Shown here one piece after another: positions 26,203-39,760 of a DNA stretch of 64,000 nucleotides. The DNA comes from the human T2T-CHM13v2.0 reference genome, Homo sapiens, in NCBI RefSeq assembly GCF_009914755.1, contig NC_060934.1. One strand, given 5' to 3'. The notes beneath the pieces were generated by a model. That model made no database searches. It was not told the DNA's origin and worked only from the letters and a program-made list of their open reading frames with translations. Made by a program: the position numbers and the translations under genes. Numbering within the stretch: position 1 is the stretch's first letter; every line of letters begins with the position of its first letter.

Positions 26203-27388
26203 CCTTTTTCATTTTTAATGTTATTTGTGCACTTACTCTCCATTGATTTGTAGTGAAAGAGGGTTGCGTATTTTTAAGTTTTTTTTTTCAAAGAACTAGT
26301 TTATTGGATTTTGCTGATTATTCTTTAGGCTTATTTTCTGTTATTATATTTTTCTTTATGATTTTCTCCTTTGTAGTTTCTCTGGGTTTCCTCAGTTTTT
26401 CTTTGGCTTCTATGATTGAATACAAAACTCATTTATATCAGCTTTTTTTTTCTGCCTTTTTTGTAAACACATTTAAACCTATACATTTTCCCTCTATCTA
26501 AATACTCATTTAGCTACTTCACATTAGTTTTGATATGTTGTCCCTTCATTGATATTTCTTAATGTTTTAATTTATAAAATTAATTCATGTGTTATAAAGG
26601 TTCATAATTTCTATTAGATTTCCTTTTTAACACACATTCAGGAACACACTTTTTCATTTCCATAGTACTTGTTTACTATATTTTTATTGATTTGGTAATA
26701 TGCCATGCCATAGAATTTCTAAATCATAATATTTAAGGCTCCCATGGTATGAGAAACAGTACTCTGAGTGCTCAGTACTGAGATCAGAGAAAATTTTCTC
26801 TTGGCTTCTTATCTGAAAGAGTCTGTGCAGTAAAATTAACACAGTAATTAGGAATAATCATATAAGAAACCCAGAGTTTCCTTGGGATGATTCATATTAC
26901 ATTATTCAACAAAGCCGAAAACAATTTTCTGTATAATTTAACATATTACTAACTTATGAATTATAAATAATACAAGAAGTTACAGTGCGACATTTGTAAC
27001 ACAGTATTCTTTATTCAAGAAATAGACTCTGAAACACAGAAGACTGTATTCTGTAGATCCCAATGCATAGGTTCTGCAGGTTGTAAATATCTAGGATTTA
27101 CTTGAAGAGTACTTTCTTGAATAATATGGCAATGAGGAACAAGGGAACCGCTCAAAAGTCAACTCCCTGAGGATAATCCTAGAAGAAGGATCAGCTTTGC
27201 TATGTTGATTTTTTCAAAGCAGGGGAGAAAGAGATGATTACCATAGGAGATAAAGATGGGGTGTTTGGAAAACAGGAAAAGTAGATGAAAATGCCCCTCA
27301 TGTAGCTTGTTTTTTCTCATTAAGGCTCCATTTTTCCTTCTGTATAGTGTTTTCTATTTGATCAGTTTTTCCCCCCGCCTTTGTTCAG

Positions 27389-27483
27389 TAAACGATTATG
27401 AGGGAAATGACTCTGAAGCAGAAGACTTGAATTTCAGGGAGACTTTGCCTTCATCAAGTCAGGAAAACACACCTAGATCAAAG
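27389..27483 (+). CDS. PTPN20: PTPN20 coding exon 2 (VNDYEGNDSEAEDLNFRETLPSSSQENTPRSK), 95 nt, phase 1 to 0
   Basis: Pyrimidine tract plus ttcag| acceptor; AAG|gtaaga donor. Confidence 0.95.
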
Positions 27484-28725
27484 GTAAGACTAAAAGGAGA
27501 GGGATCTCTACTAATTTTGGCTAATACCTAAATTGCTGACTATGCTCTCTGGGAAATGGGTATCTATTTGGTTCTCACCAAAATGATTTCTTAATTTTTT
27601 GTCACTGTAGTGTTGACAGTGACCAAAATGGGGATTTGAAAGAGTGGAATTTTTTGCAAAGTTTCTAATGAATTGCATTTTCTAATGCTACTCTGGAAAT
27701 TTTACAGGCACTAGTTTTGTGTTACTAATGAAGATACAAAATAAATGTCACATGAAGTATGAAGCACCTTTAGATGTATTGATTGTGGACTTTTTCATTG
27801 TTTGAGACAGCATGATTGGGTGTCTCCGAACTATGGAAAAGTAGAGGGCTGTGAAAAGTCTGTGACAAAAACTCTTACTTCAACACATTACCCCATTTGT
27901 GGAGATAGTGCTAGGGTTAGAGCACAAAAAAAGGGAAATGCATTTTAGTCTGGTGGGTGCTTTGCATTTTTTTTTCTCTTACCTAGTCAACTGGAGCTTT
28001 GGAACTGCGATGATGATGCTGGCCTTGTGTTCATTTCCTGTAAGTTACAGGAGTAATAGAGATAAAGTCAGTACATAGACCAAAAACTGCTCCTACCACT
28101 TCCCCTGTTCAATTGCCACCTCCACCCCAGGTGGGCAGGAGTGCAGCTTTTAAGAACAGTGTTGTAACTTGATTATTATCTCCTGTCCATTCTCTGCTAT
28201 ACTTAAGTTGGCCACATCAAGGCTACCATCACATCTTTGGCTGGGAATCTCTGGCTGTTAGTGCCGTGTTGGGCTCTCCGCTCACTCTTGATTCTTTTCT
28301 CTGATCAGAATGGTTTTCTCTTTGAAGCAGAGACGATTTGAAAGGGAGCACCTTCACAGAATGGCCCAAGTATATCCTTTATATAGTCTTATAGTCTTAT
28401 TTGACTTCTTCTAGAACTGAGCACATTTTGTGATTTTGTTTATATTTTTACTTTGGGTTTTTTTTTGCTTGTTTGTTTGTTTGTTTTTTTGCTAAGTTAT
28501 AGCTTGGCCTATCTAGGGTGAATTCTGATATGCTTTAAAGTTTCCTTTCATAAAAAAGGATCTTAGAACATTCCTGGATGGTTTTTATAGTGTTGGGAAA
28601 ATTACCTGATTTTATTAGAACTTGCTTTTCTTATGTTTCATGAAACAATTTGATACTGTAGCCATTTTTATGTCCTTTCAGATATGATGCTGTCCCCTAG
28701 AAATTGTCTAGACTCATAGACTTGA

Positions 28726-28974
<249 letters not shown>

Positions 28975-30683
28975 TGATCATATAACTCTTGAGTCACAGA
29001 CTAGAAACCAGGCTCCTATCTGTGTTACTGTTTTCACTTTGTCCTCATAAATCCTTGCTGCATGGACTACAGAAAAGCTAACTTAGGCTCCTCAGAAAAC
29101 ATTTTCTAACATTTAAAAAATTTGATATTAATTTGATTCCGTGAGCAATCTCCAAAAGTCCTGCCATCTTGATAATTTATTATATTTCTCCTTGTTAGTT
29201 CTTGATATTGTTAGCAAAATCACATTTCACTCAATCAGACATATGTTAGTCAGCCTTAAATTTGAATTGCAGCCATCTGGAACAGTCTGCTTCTTTAAAA
29301 AATAAATATAATCAATTTGATTTTGAACCATGAGCTGAAAGATGTCTCAGGTTTAAATTGTGTTAGGACTTCCAGATATCACTTTTTCTAAGTAAATGAA
29401 TTGTACTCAAATGACTTTTAAGCATGTCTCATAAGAGGGAAGTGGGATCATGTTGTGTAATAGCATGTGTCCCACTTCTTTTCCTCCATCCCACTGGAGC
29501 CACACTTTCTACATTTCAATTTTAATTATCCTGAAATTAATTTTTAGGGATTTGCCAATCAGTGCTGATTTCAAAACTAGTTCAATTCTGTGAAGCTCAT
29601 TTCATTTCGTGTATTGTAGCTACATAGTTTAATGAGAAGGAATCTTAGGTGGACATTTTCCTGTGATTTTAAAGTAAAAATTAAACATACACCAAGCAAA
29701 CACTAACAAACTCATTAGTCAAAGAAGAAATCATAATGGAAGTTTAAAGTATTTAGAATGGAATGTACACAAAAATACTAGATGTAAAAACATGTGGTTT
29801 GTGGATTGAGCAGTGTGTATCAAATAAAAGGTCTGCTCTATGACATTACATTTACAATTGTGCCACTTAAGGTGTTTAGGAGTAAATCTAAGAAAAGGTA
29901 TACATTGTCTTTATTGAGAATATTTTATAATGTTTTTGCTGGATAGCTATATCATATTAGTGGATAATGATACTTAATATATAAATACATCACTTATTTC
30001 CAATTTAAATTAAAAAATTCATATTACTTAATTTCAATAATAGTCCCAAAGTTATTTCTGTGTGTGAATGAGATTTGATCAGCTGATTCAAAAGATGTTC
30101 TTGAGAAAATAGAAGGCCAAGTATGGCAAGACAGTATTAGACAAGGAAGGAAGGAAACGTGTATGTGGTGGCTGGGGCACTGGCACTGCGGGTTATCAAG
30201 ACTGAAGTCCACTGCCCGGTGCAAAATTGGGCAGTGGAATGTGGAGAAATACTTAGAATTAGTAGATTAGATGGTGCAAGTACTAAAGTAAAGATAAATT
30301 TAGTGGCAGGAATTTTATATTCACAGTAAACAAAACATGGTAAACACTTATAAGAAAATCTCTTCTGGGCTGAAGTAATAAATCTATTTTTTCTCAAATG
30401 AAGCTTTTTAAAAATTTAGTTTTGAAAAATCACTTGAGCAATTCAATATAAATAACTTCTGTTTACATAGTACTCTACACTGTTTTGACAGATTGGAAGA
30501 TATTTAATAGGGAGATATACAATTAAGTGATTTTCTAGGAGCAGACATTATACTATGTGATTGTGGTTATAATTCCATTATTGCAGATCTTTTTGCTCTT
30601 CTTAAGTAGCTATAGAAATCACGTTTTAAACCATATTTTTCTAAAACCAGTGCTATAATTTGTTTCCTTTCTTATGTCTGTAG

Positions 30684-30781
30684 GTTTTTGAAAATAAAGT
30701 TAATTCAGAGAAGGTAAAACTTTCTCTTCGGAATTTCCCACATAATGATTATGAGGATGTTTTTGAAGAGCCTTCAGAAAG
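30684..30781 (+). CDS. PTPN20: PTPN20 coding exon 3 (VFENKVNSEKVKLSLRNFPHNDYEDVFEEPSE), 98 nt, phase 0 to 2
   Basis: ctgtag| acceptor; AAG|gtataa donor; open in the expected frame. Confidence 0.93.
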
Positions 30782-31489
30782 GTATAACTAATATGCTTAT
30801 TTAGTGGGTTTTCTGTTTATGCTACTTATATTCATAGCTAGCCCTCTGCATGGAGACAGTGAATAATGGCCCTGAAATGTTTAATTTTTCAAGATATAGC
30901 TTTTTATAAACTTGATTTAGCTTTCTTAGAAATATGTTTATGATCTCAAAAATATGGTAATTAACATAAGGGAAAAGTATTCTTGAAGGATTCGATTTCT
31001 CTATCCTCTCAATAGTTACATGGCGTCAAAGCTTTTGCAAATATGCTTGGAGCTTTTGAAGTGGTCAGTGTACTTGAGGTAGCATGAAGCTCACGGTACA
31101 GCACTAAATGTTATTAGAAATGTAATCTGTTTTCAGAAAGAAAATTATATGGTATAAACAACAGGTTTATTAGTATGGTGAATTTCTGGTAGTATATATT
31201 TAAAAAATTTAAAGTACCTGAAGAACAGTAAATTTCCATTAGGAAAACAAAGAAACAAGTTTTCATGCTTATAAAATGTTCAAATTTAGGTGTTATAAGC
31301 AAAAACATCAAATGAGGAAACATTTTGTTAAGCCATATTTTCTTAGAGATTTATCAGTAATATTAGCTACCCTCACTGGAATAGCACTGTATAAGAATGT
31401 GTATATTCTTTATATTATGTGTTTTTGTATGCGTATTGTATGAAATTTATATGTACAATTTTCAGAAGTGCATTAAACAAATAATAGTA

Positions 31490-33260
31490 ATTCCAAAGAC
31501 ATTTTGAGATTCTGTGATACACTAAGCACTGTATACAAATACAAACTACTATATATTTTTTGCTCTTTAGTTCACAGTTTAATTAGGGAAACAGACATAT
31601 AAAAGACAAATTGATGTACAACATAGTAAATATTATTTTAGAGTAAAAATCCAAAGATTGTGGGTACAGAAGATTGACTATGCATGAGGGAGGTTTCCCA
31701 CAAGCTTCTTTGAAGAAAAGATATTTTGGTTGAATTTAGGATTTAATTAAATAGAAACCTAGCAGGTGAAAAAGAGAAGAACATTTCAGGCAAGAGGGAG
31801 AAGTTTGAGCGAGGGTAAGGAGTTGTGAAAATATCTTAGGGGTAATGGGGAGAAATATTAGCTGCCAAGAGTCGTAGGGTGTATGTGAGGTGGAATGCTA
31901 GGAAGCTGCAGAAGATGAGAGGTGGAGCCCAAAATACAGTGTGGGCTGGAGAGGGAAGTAATGCCATATATGTGAAGCTGAGTATACATTTTATTCAGTC
32001 TGTTAAAATCAAAAGGATGCATACGGAGGGTCTTTTTGTTTTATTCATGCAACTATCTATTTATCCATCCAGAAGGAGGAATGCTGGTGGCAAGGTGAGG
32101 ATAGCTGGAAGTGGCAGTCAGTGGAGATTAATTAAATGTTTACAGTAATCCAAGAAAAAAATTAGAAGGAGAAAAGAGTAAGAAACCCGAATTTTCTTAC
32201 AGAAGTAAAAGAAAAAGGCACTTATTTTGCTAAGGTTAAAGCATACAGTGCATGTAGGAAATCAGTGGAGATGGTGATGGAAAAATAGACAGAGGCCACC
32301 TGGCCAATATCCTAAACTTTTGTGTCTGATAAGGGGCCTTGATTTATCCTGATATTGGTGGGCAGGTGTAATTAAGTTTGTATTTTAGGAAGAATTTTCT
32401 CTAAACATTGAAGGTTAGATGCAGAAGTCAAATTAGGAGGATTTTGCTAGGTAGGGTTGCAAATGAAAGTGCAACAAGAGCCAAGTTAATAGCATTAGCG
32501 AGTCAGTTGAGTATGGAGACGTTGCAAAGGAAACAAAGTGGGTATGGGCTAGGATTTGAAAAATCTGTTAACAATTAGTAGCTAGACAGAGTTTAAAGCA
32601 TTTCCTATTTTTAAGATACAGAAAATTGTGTATTCTTATGATATGAAAGAATTTGTAGATAGGGAGAAATTCACGATATGTTAAAAAAAAATAAGTTATA
32701 GAAAAATACCTTAGAGGAGGCAGAAGGAATCTGGTTAAGAACACGGAAGGAGGAATTTTGAACAGGCAGAAAGCAAGGAATAAGAAAGACATTGATGCAT
32801 CTAAGTAAATGTTTTAAAAGATAATAAATTGAAAGAATTTCTATTTTCTGGCTTGCATTTTCTAGAAGAAGTTACATTTTTACTAAGTCAGAGAGAGTAT
32901 TAAAATAAGGACTATAACAAGATGGTGGCTTGGAATTTGCTGCCATGGAAGAGTGGTACAGGAAACCAACCAGGGACATGCTGGTATTTTCCAAACGGCT
33001 CTCTGCCGATATTAGAAAGCCCAGTGACCCGAGTACTTCCCTCCCACAGTCTAGGTAAAGGAGGGGAGAAGGTAAATAAGTGGATGGATCTGAGGCGACT
33101 AGTTTGCAAGGTAAAAGTAGTAGGAGGAGATGGAGTTTGTGATCAGACATTGGGATTTGGGAATTATTTCACAAGTGGGCCAGTTTCAGGTGATGACAAT
33201 GGGAGTGGGTGGCTGAATTGAAATGGAAATGAATGTCAATTAAATAATCAATGAAGATGA
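31490..33260 (-). mobile_element. Degraded L2 fragments
   Basis: Purine-rich, with gaacatttcaggcaagaggg and taagtttgtattttaggaaga L2-like motifs. Confidence 0.5.
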
Positions 33261-33328
33261 TTAGAAAGTATTTCTCAAATGTATATATTCTTTGAAACCA
33301 TGGGCAAATATATACATTTCTTTTCTAG

Positions 33329-33441
33329 TGGCAGTGATCCCAGCATGTGGACAGCCAGAGGCCCCTTCAGAAGAGACAGGTGGAGCAGTGAGGATGAGGA
33401 GGCTGCAGGGCCATCACAGGCTCTCTCCCCTCTACTTTCTG
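33329..33441 (+). CDS. PTPN20: PTPN20 coding exon 4 (SGSDPSMWTARGPFRRDRWSSEDEEAAGPSQALSPLLS), 113 nt, phase 2 to 1
   Basis: ttttctag| acceptor; CTG|gtatga donor. Confidence 0.95.
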
Positions 33442-33971
33442 GTATGACATCATCCTATTTGTAGTAGCAAGTTGAGGCTCTATTTTAGAGATATGCACAA
33501 AGATATTTCTAATACAAATGAAAGAAAGAGCTAGGGAAAACTTCAAAAATGGGAAAATATGGTTTTCTAGGATTTTCTTTTAAAAATAAAAAAATGCAAT
33601 TAAAAAAATGCTCCACACCCCATATTCACAATGGCTACTTCCTGTCCTTTCTTCAAGTATTTTAAAGTATTAAATATGTCAGTTTAGTAAAATCCATTTT
33701 TTTAAAGCTAGGTATTTTATAGATTTGAAAAATAACCTGCTTCCTTATTTCCTTTTTAAAAATTTGTTGCACAATATATGCTTTGTAAGTAAAATAATAA
33801 CATTTTTGGATTACAAATTATCACATGTTTATAGTGGAAAAAAGAAAATAACAAATATATAATAAATTATAATACTGAAGAATATTTCAGAACTTTTTGT
33901 GTATACGTATTTACATGTATATATAATATAAATGTAATTAGAACTATGAATATATACTTAACATATATGTG

Positions 33972-33976
<5 letters not shown>

Positions 33977-34010
<34 letters not shown>
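33977..34010 (+). repeat. (TA)n microsatellite
   Basis: Direct reading. Confidence 0.9.
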
Positions 34011-34015
<5 letters not shown>

Positions 34016-34284
34016 AAATTTGTGTTTGTAAACTTGGGGGATCACATGCACACCTCAAAAACCTTGGAGTTGGAGAGGATCTTAGAGGTCATCCATAACC
34101 AACATCCCATCAAATGTTGGAAACATCTTCTCTAATGACTTTATTTGAAAAATGTCAAATCCAGTTAAGAAAATATCACCTTATGCAATTATTAAAATGC
34201 AGATCTCCTACAAAAATAGTTTATAAGAATATGCTTTTATAAAACGAGACATAATTTTTAATTAATTAAAACATGCTTAATTAA

Positions 34285-37200
34285 ACTGAGGCATACAGTA
34301 AAATTCACCCTTTTAGCATACAGTTCTATGAGGTTTGACCAAGGTTTACCATCACAATCAAGGTATAGTACATTTCTATCTCCCCCCAAATTTCTCTTGT
34401 ATTTTTTTATAGTTAACCCTTTACCCTACCACCGGTGCCTAGCAACCAGTAATCTATTTTCATTCTCTTTACTTTTGTCTTTTTCAAGGTATTGTATAAA
34501 TGGAATCATAAATATGTAGCCTTTTGAGTCCAACTTCTTTCACTTAGCATAATTCTTTTGATATTCATCTGTGTCATTGCATTTATCAGTATTTAATTTC
34601 TTTTTTATTGAATAGTATTCCATTCACCAGTTGAAGGACACTGGGTTGTTTCCAGATTTTGGCAATTATGGATAAAAGTACTACAGATATTCACAAACTT
34701 TGTGTAAACATAAGTTTCCATTACTTTAAGGTAAATATCTAGGAGTGGGATTGCTGGGTCATAAGTGTATAACAGACAAACTGTATTCCAAAGAAGCTGT
34801 ACTAACATTATTTGTTGCTTTTTACTTTTCTTTTCTCCTACTCTTCTTACTCTTTGTATTTCAGTTAGGTAATTTCTGTCAACCTTTCTTCAAGTTTACT
34901 GATTCCTTTCTTGGTTGTGTCAAGTCTACTAATGAACCCATTGAAAGCACACAGTGTTTTTTATGTACAACATTTCCATTTGACACCTTCTTACAGATTC
35001 CGTCTCTGTTGTTAATGCGTTTTGTTTGCATTTTTCATAGAGCTTAACATGTTAATGATAGTTATTTAAAATTCCCTGGTGGATAACTCTGACAGATGGG
35101 TTGTTGCTGATATTTTTTTCTGTGATTGCTTTGCTTTTTGACACTGGCTTCTGTTGTTGCAGCTGCTGCAGCTTCATTATGTGTCTATATATCTGATTGA
35201 GTGTTGGTACTGGGTGTAGAAAAAAAGAGACTAAAGTAAATAGAATTTATGCCTAGAAATAGTCATGCCTATTCCTCTGGTAGGCCATTTAGGACATGAG
35301 CTGGGTTTTGGTTTTGTGTTGCTCTCATTACCTATGGTGAACCATTGGCTTAGAATTCCTTAGGATTTAGCTTGTGCGCAGGGTGTCAGCTGGGGTGCTA
35401 AGGAGTTTTTATTTTTGGTCTCTTCCTGTTTCGTCCTCAGCTTTAGGCCTCCCCTGTGTGCCTGTGCTTTAGAAGGGCTTTCTTTCCTTCTCCTGCCTAT
35501 CTTCCAGCAGTAGACTGGTGCTTGTGTGCCTGGGGAGGGAGGGCCAAGTCATTCTTTGTTGTCCTATTCCATTCTCAGCCTTGGGCAGGTCCTCTGTCCC
35601 TGGTCCTCAGTGACAGGCTTGGTTAGTGATACTACCCCTTCTCATGGCATCCAGACTCTGCCTGACACCTTTGGCAAGTCTACAGTGGAGAAGGTTTCCT
35701 CCCCTTCACTTAGTGTAGTGGTAGGAGTTTTGTAATAATAATGGCATTAAATCCTGGGCTTAGGACTGTTTTCTGCACCTTCTCCAGGAATAGATGGATT
35801 TTGTTTGCTCTGTTTCCAACTGCAGTGGGTATACACTTATACAAAGCAGGGATTGCTGCTCCTCCTCCTGCAGTGTAAGGCTTTTGTTCTGGGAGAAATA
35901 GGTCTAAGTGGGGCTTTACGCATTTTCGACCATGACAGTGGCTCCCCTCCTCCAAGCCTACCCTTCTGAGGGAATGGTTCTTCCCGTTTCCTGCTCTGCT
36001 CTCAGTCTTTCTTATGAGCACCTGTTGGAGGTCTGTGAACTTGAGTCTGTGAATGTGTGCAAGTTCTTTTTGTGTCTGTGGCTTTACGCTGTTCTGTACT
36101 GTCACACTGGCCCACATCCAGCTATCAGCAGTGCATTACATTTTATGTCTGAATACTTCTTTCCCATTTGTATAGTGCCTGGTATCTCTTTCTCCCTTGA
36201 ACTGCCACAGGGAGCCAGTGTTCATGTCCTGTCACTCCTTAGGAGAGTCTGTCTTTCCTTAGATTGCAGACTACTTGGTTGCCCTGCAACCTCAGCTCTC
36301 TAATGGGTTCAATAAAATTTTGATTTAGTGTTTTTTTTTCAACTTATGTATATTGTTAGGGTAGGAGTGATGCTCATACTAGCTTTCTATATTTAGGCAG
36401 AAGTGGAATTTTGAATATAAATATATTTTTAAAATAAAAATAAGAACACATTACTTTGCAAACAGGAAATACCATTTCTTAGCTGTTAGAGTAAGGCCAG
36501 TTCCTAGGGAAAAGTAGATAGACACTGCTTTTTTCTTTCTTAGTACCCTCCTTTTCAGTTTCAGTTTAGGACTATGGTTAGGCTCCTCCTAGGGTCTGTT
36601 ACTGAGGTCTATGCTCACAAAGGATTAATGCCTAGAAAATATAAGAAACTGCATATTAGTAAGTAAAAGATAACCAAATAGAAAAATGGGCAAAACACAT
36701 TAACAAACATTTCACAGAAGAGAAAATATGAAAAAGTGGTCCAACCTAATTTCGAATCAGGGAAGTGAAAATTAAATCATAGTGAAATAATAATTTACAC
36801 TGACTAGATTGTTTCCATTTTTAAAAATGTGATAATAGTTGATATTGGTGAGTATGTGGCTTGATGGAAACCATTTTGGAAAATAATTTGGTATTTTTTT
36901 AGTGTGCACATGCCATATGTCCTAGCAATTTCCTTCCTGGTTATTTAGCTTAGAGAAACTCTTTCCTTTTTCTACCAGAAGACATATGCAAGAATGTCCA
37001 TACTAGGCTTGTTTTTAATAGACTTCAACTGTAAACAACTCAGATATCTGTCAACACCAGCATGTATGAATTAGATATTGTATTTTGTTTAATGTGAAGA
37101 TGAATAAACCCAGATGCAGTCTTAGCAAAAAAGTCAAGATTTAAAACAAAATAATGTAATCTATATAAATTTGTGAAATATGCAAAACAGCATAAAGGGT

Positions 37201-38825
37201 AAACAAAACAAACAAAAGGAATGATAGTACAATTCAGAATAGTGATTATTCCCTGAGGGAGGAGGACAAGGAATGAGGTCTGGGAAGGGGACACAGGAGC
37301 ATCAGGGGCTAATGTTCTGTTTTAAATTGGGTATGTATTGTTCTTAAAGATATTTTACTTAATTATTATTTTGTACCTATTTAACATTTAATAAAATATT
37401 TTAAAAGCCAAAATTTTAAAAAATTAAATTATAAAGTTAATGTATGCTAATATTTTAGTGAAAATCAATATAGAATGATATAGAGAAAAAGTTAATAATT
37501 TCCTCCCATCATCCTGAATCCTGGTTCAGAGGCAACCAATATAATAGTTTATCTAAGAATACACAAAGATATAAAAACAGATTTTCTGTTTAAAGTTTAA
37601 ATAAAAATTGATGTGTGCTCTGCAACTCTACAATTACCCTGCAACCATAGTTTTTAAAATTTAAACTATATTATTATATAGGTTAAGACATATTCTGACA
37701 TAGGATTAATAGTTGTCTAATATTTCATTGTATGGAAATACCATAATATATTCACCCATTCTCCAGTTGACTTTTTCTGCAGTATATATATTTACACGTA
37801 TTTCCTAAGTACTGGTACTTTGATTTTGGTTAGATTCCCTAAAGTAAGATAGTTAAGTCAAAGTTTATGTTCGTTTTATATTTTAATGGGCAATACCAGA
37901 TTCCTTTCCAAAAGCTTAGCCACCATGCCCGGCTAATTTTTGTATTTTTAATAGAGTCCAGGTTTCCCCATGTTGGTCAGGCTGGTCTCGAACTCCTGAC
38001 ATTGTGATCCACCCGTCTTGGTCTCCCAAAGTGCTGGGATTACAGGCGTGAGCCACTGTGCCCAGCTAGGATCAAGTATCTTAATATATGTTTATTAACT
38101 TCTTCTTGGATTTGCACATTTATAAACTTTGTTCATTGTTTTTCTTATTAATTTGTAGGAACTCTTCACATGTTGGAAATCTTAACATGTTGTCTGTCTG
38201 ACAAATGTGCTATAAATTGTAACCCTCAATTCTATACCTTAAGAAGGGAGACTTTCATGAACATTCTTAATTTCTAAAATGTTTAAAAAGGTCTTCTTTA
38301 CAGGAAAAACATGCAAATATTCTCCTAAATTTTCTTCAGAATTTTTATTCACTTATTTTGCTTAGATCACGAATCTATCTGCAGTTTATTGCTAAATATT
38401 ATAGGGGTATAGAAAACTATATTTTCTTTCATATGACTGGACAGTTATACCAGCACTATTCACTAAGTAAACCACATTTCCCAAATGAATTTATATATAC
38501 TTTTATCACATATTAAGTTTCCAAAAATGTTTGATCCTTTTGTATTCTCTAAATTTTTTTTCACTAACTGACTTGTTTGTTCCTGTGGACATATTATATT
38601 ATTCTGTTTTGATTCTACTTATTCTAAATATATCTGGAAAGGAAAATCCTCCCTCTAATTTTTTAAAAAATACATTTTTGTAGCTATTTGGGCAAGTTTT
38701 TGCTGCATCGGTGATTTTAAATTATTTTGTTCATTCCTGTGTAAACTTGTTTGAAATTTAGATAGAATGACATGCCAGTTATATTCATTCAGGTAGGATT
38801 GGCACTGTTGTGATTTTAAGTTCTT
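34285..38825. mobile_element. Mosaic of old L1 pieces (antisense 34285-36400, sense ~36620-37400, antisense ~37400-38825)
   Basis: L1 3'-end motifs in both orientations, e.g. aaaatgggcaaaacac...tcacagaagag (sense). Confidence 0.65.
37918..38067 (-). mobile_element. Alu left half (truncated)
   Basis: gccaccatgcccggctaatttttgta...gagccactgtgcccagc. Confidence 0.9.
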
Positions 38826-38829
38826 CCTT

Positions 38830-39760
38830 CCACATATAGAATGAGGGGAGTCAGGAGATCATCCATAGTGCATCTGAGCACAGAATAGCTGCTGCCCCAT
38901 GTTCACCTTCCAGATCTGACATGAGAACCTCGCTTGTGCCCTGTTTTAGCTGGAAACATTCAGAGAACAGAATTCTGGGAAAAGTGGTCCAGCCTAGCCA
39001 TGTCAACATATTATAAAGCTATCACAGTTCACCCTGTATCAGCCTGGCACCTATATACACCCTTTTAAATGTTACTTAATATCCAAATAAGGACAACCTT
39101 ATGCTTGCATCTACAGTGATAAAACTAATCTGTGTACAACTGAAAACATTCTCTCCCCTTCTCCAAAAGTGTCTCTTTTTTGTCTTGAGTGATATTCTTT
39201 CTTTTCCAACTGATTCACATTCCCTTTAATATTTTTAAAAGAAAACAAAAATATGATATATATATATGTATAAAATATGCATATCAAAAAAGAAAGAAAA
39301 ATTCACAATATTTTATCCCTGTTTATGCAGCTGGTCACATGGTTGTATCTGGTTTTGATCACTGCCGTCTTACACCTGTCTGGTATTCTCTTTCAGCTCA
39401 GCAAACATCCCATTTGGTTGTGGTTCCTTGTCTGATAGGGTGACCCACACATTCATTCCTCAAGATCTAAGTCATTAGTAGTTCTGCCTAAATTGGGTGG
39501 TTCTAGTTTTCTGTTTACTTAATCACCTTGACACACCCTAGAGGATCACCTGCATTGCAGACGTATTCCTCGTTACTCCATTGGAAAGCAGCAGCCCAGT
39601 TTCCCCTTAATACTTGGAATCCAGCACACTAGGCAGTGTAGTAATCCCCCTTTCCCTGATGATTCAGTAGCATATGAGGAACCCAAAATGTCCTGGTGGC
39701 GTTCTCAAATTCCACTTTAACGGATTTGTTGTTGTTTCTCCTGACGGAAGCATTCCTCAC
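38830..39760 (-). mobile_element. ERVL remnant: internal region with dUTPase-like coding relic (~39027-39760) plus start of the 3' LTR (LTR33-like, from 39026 leftward)
   Basis: Minus strand translates with frameshifts and stops as GMLPSGETT..LKWNLRTPPGHFGFL..VLDSKY*GETGLLL..EEYVCNAGDPLG; purine-rich cagggtgaac precedes the TG LTR start. Confidence 0.75.

Larger units (their letters stand above)
23546..26700 (-). mobile_element. Ancient L1 (L1ME/L1M4-type) fragments, antisense
   Basis: T-rich degraded L1 motifs (gatttctgatgagaaatc, ttcagctattatttcttca). Confidence 0.6.
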
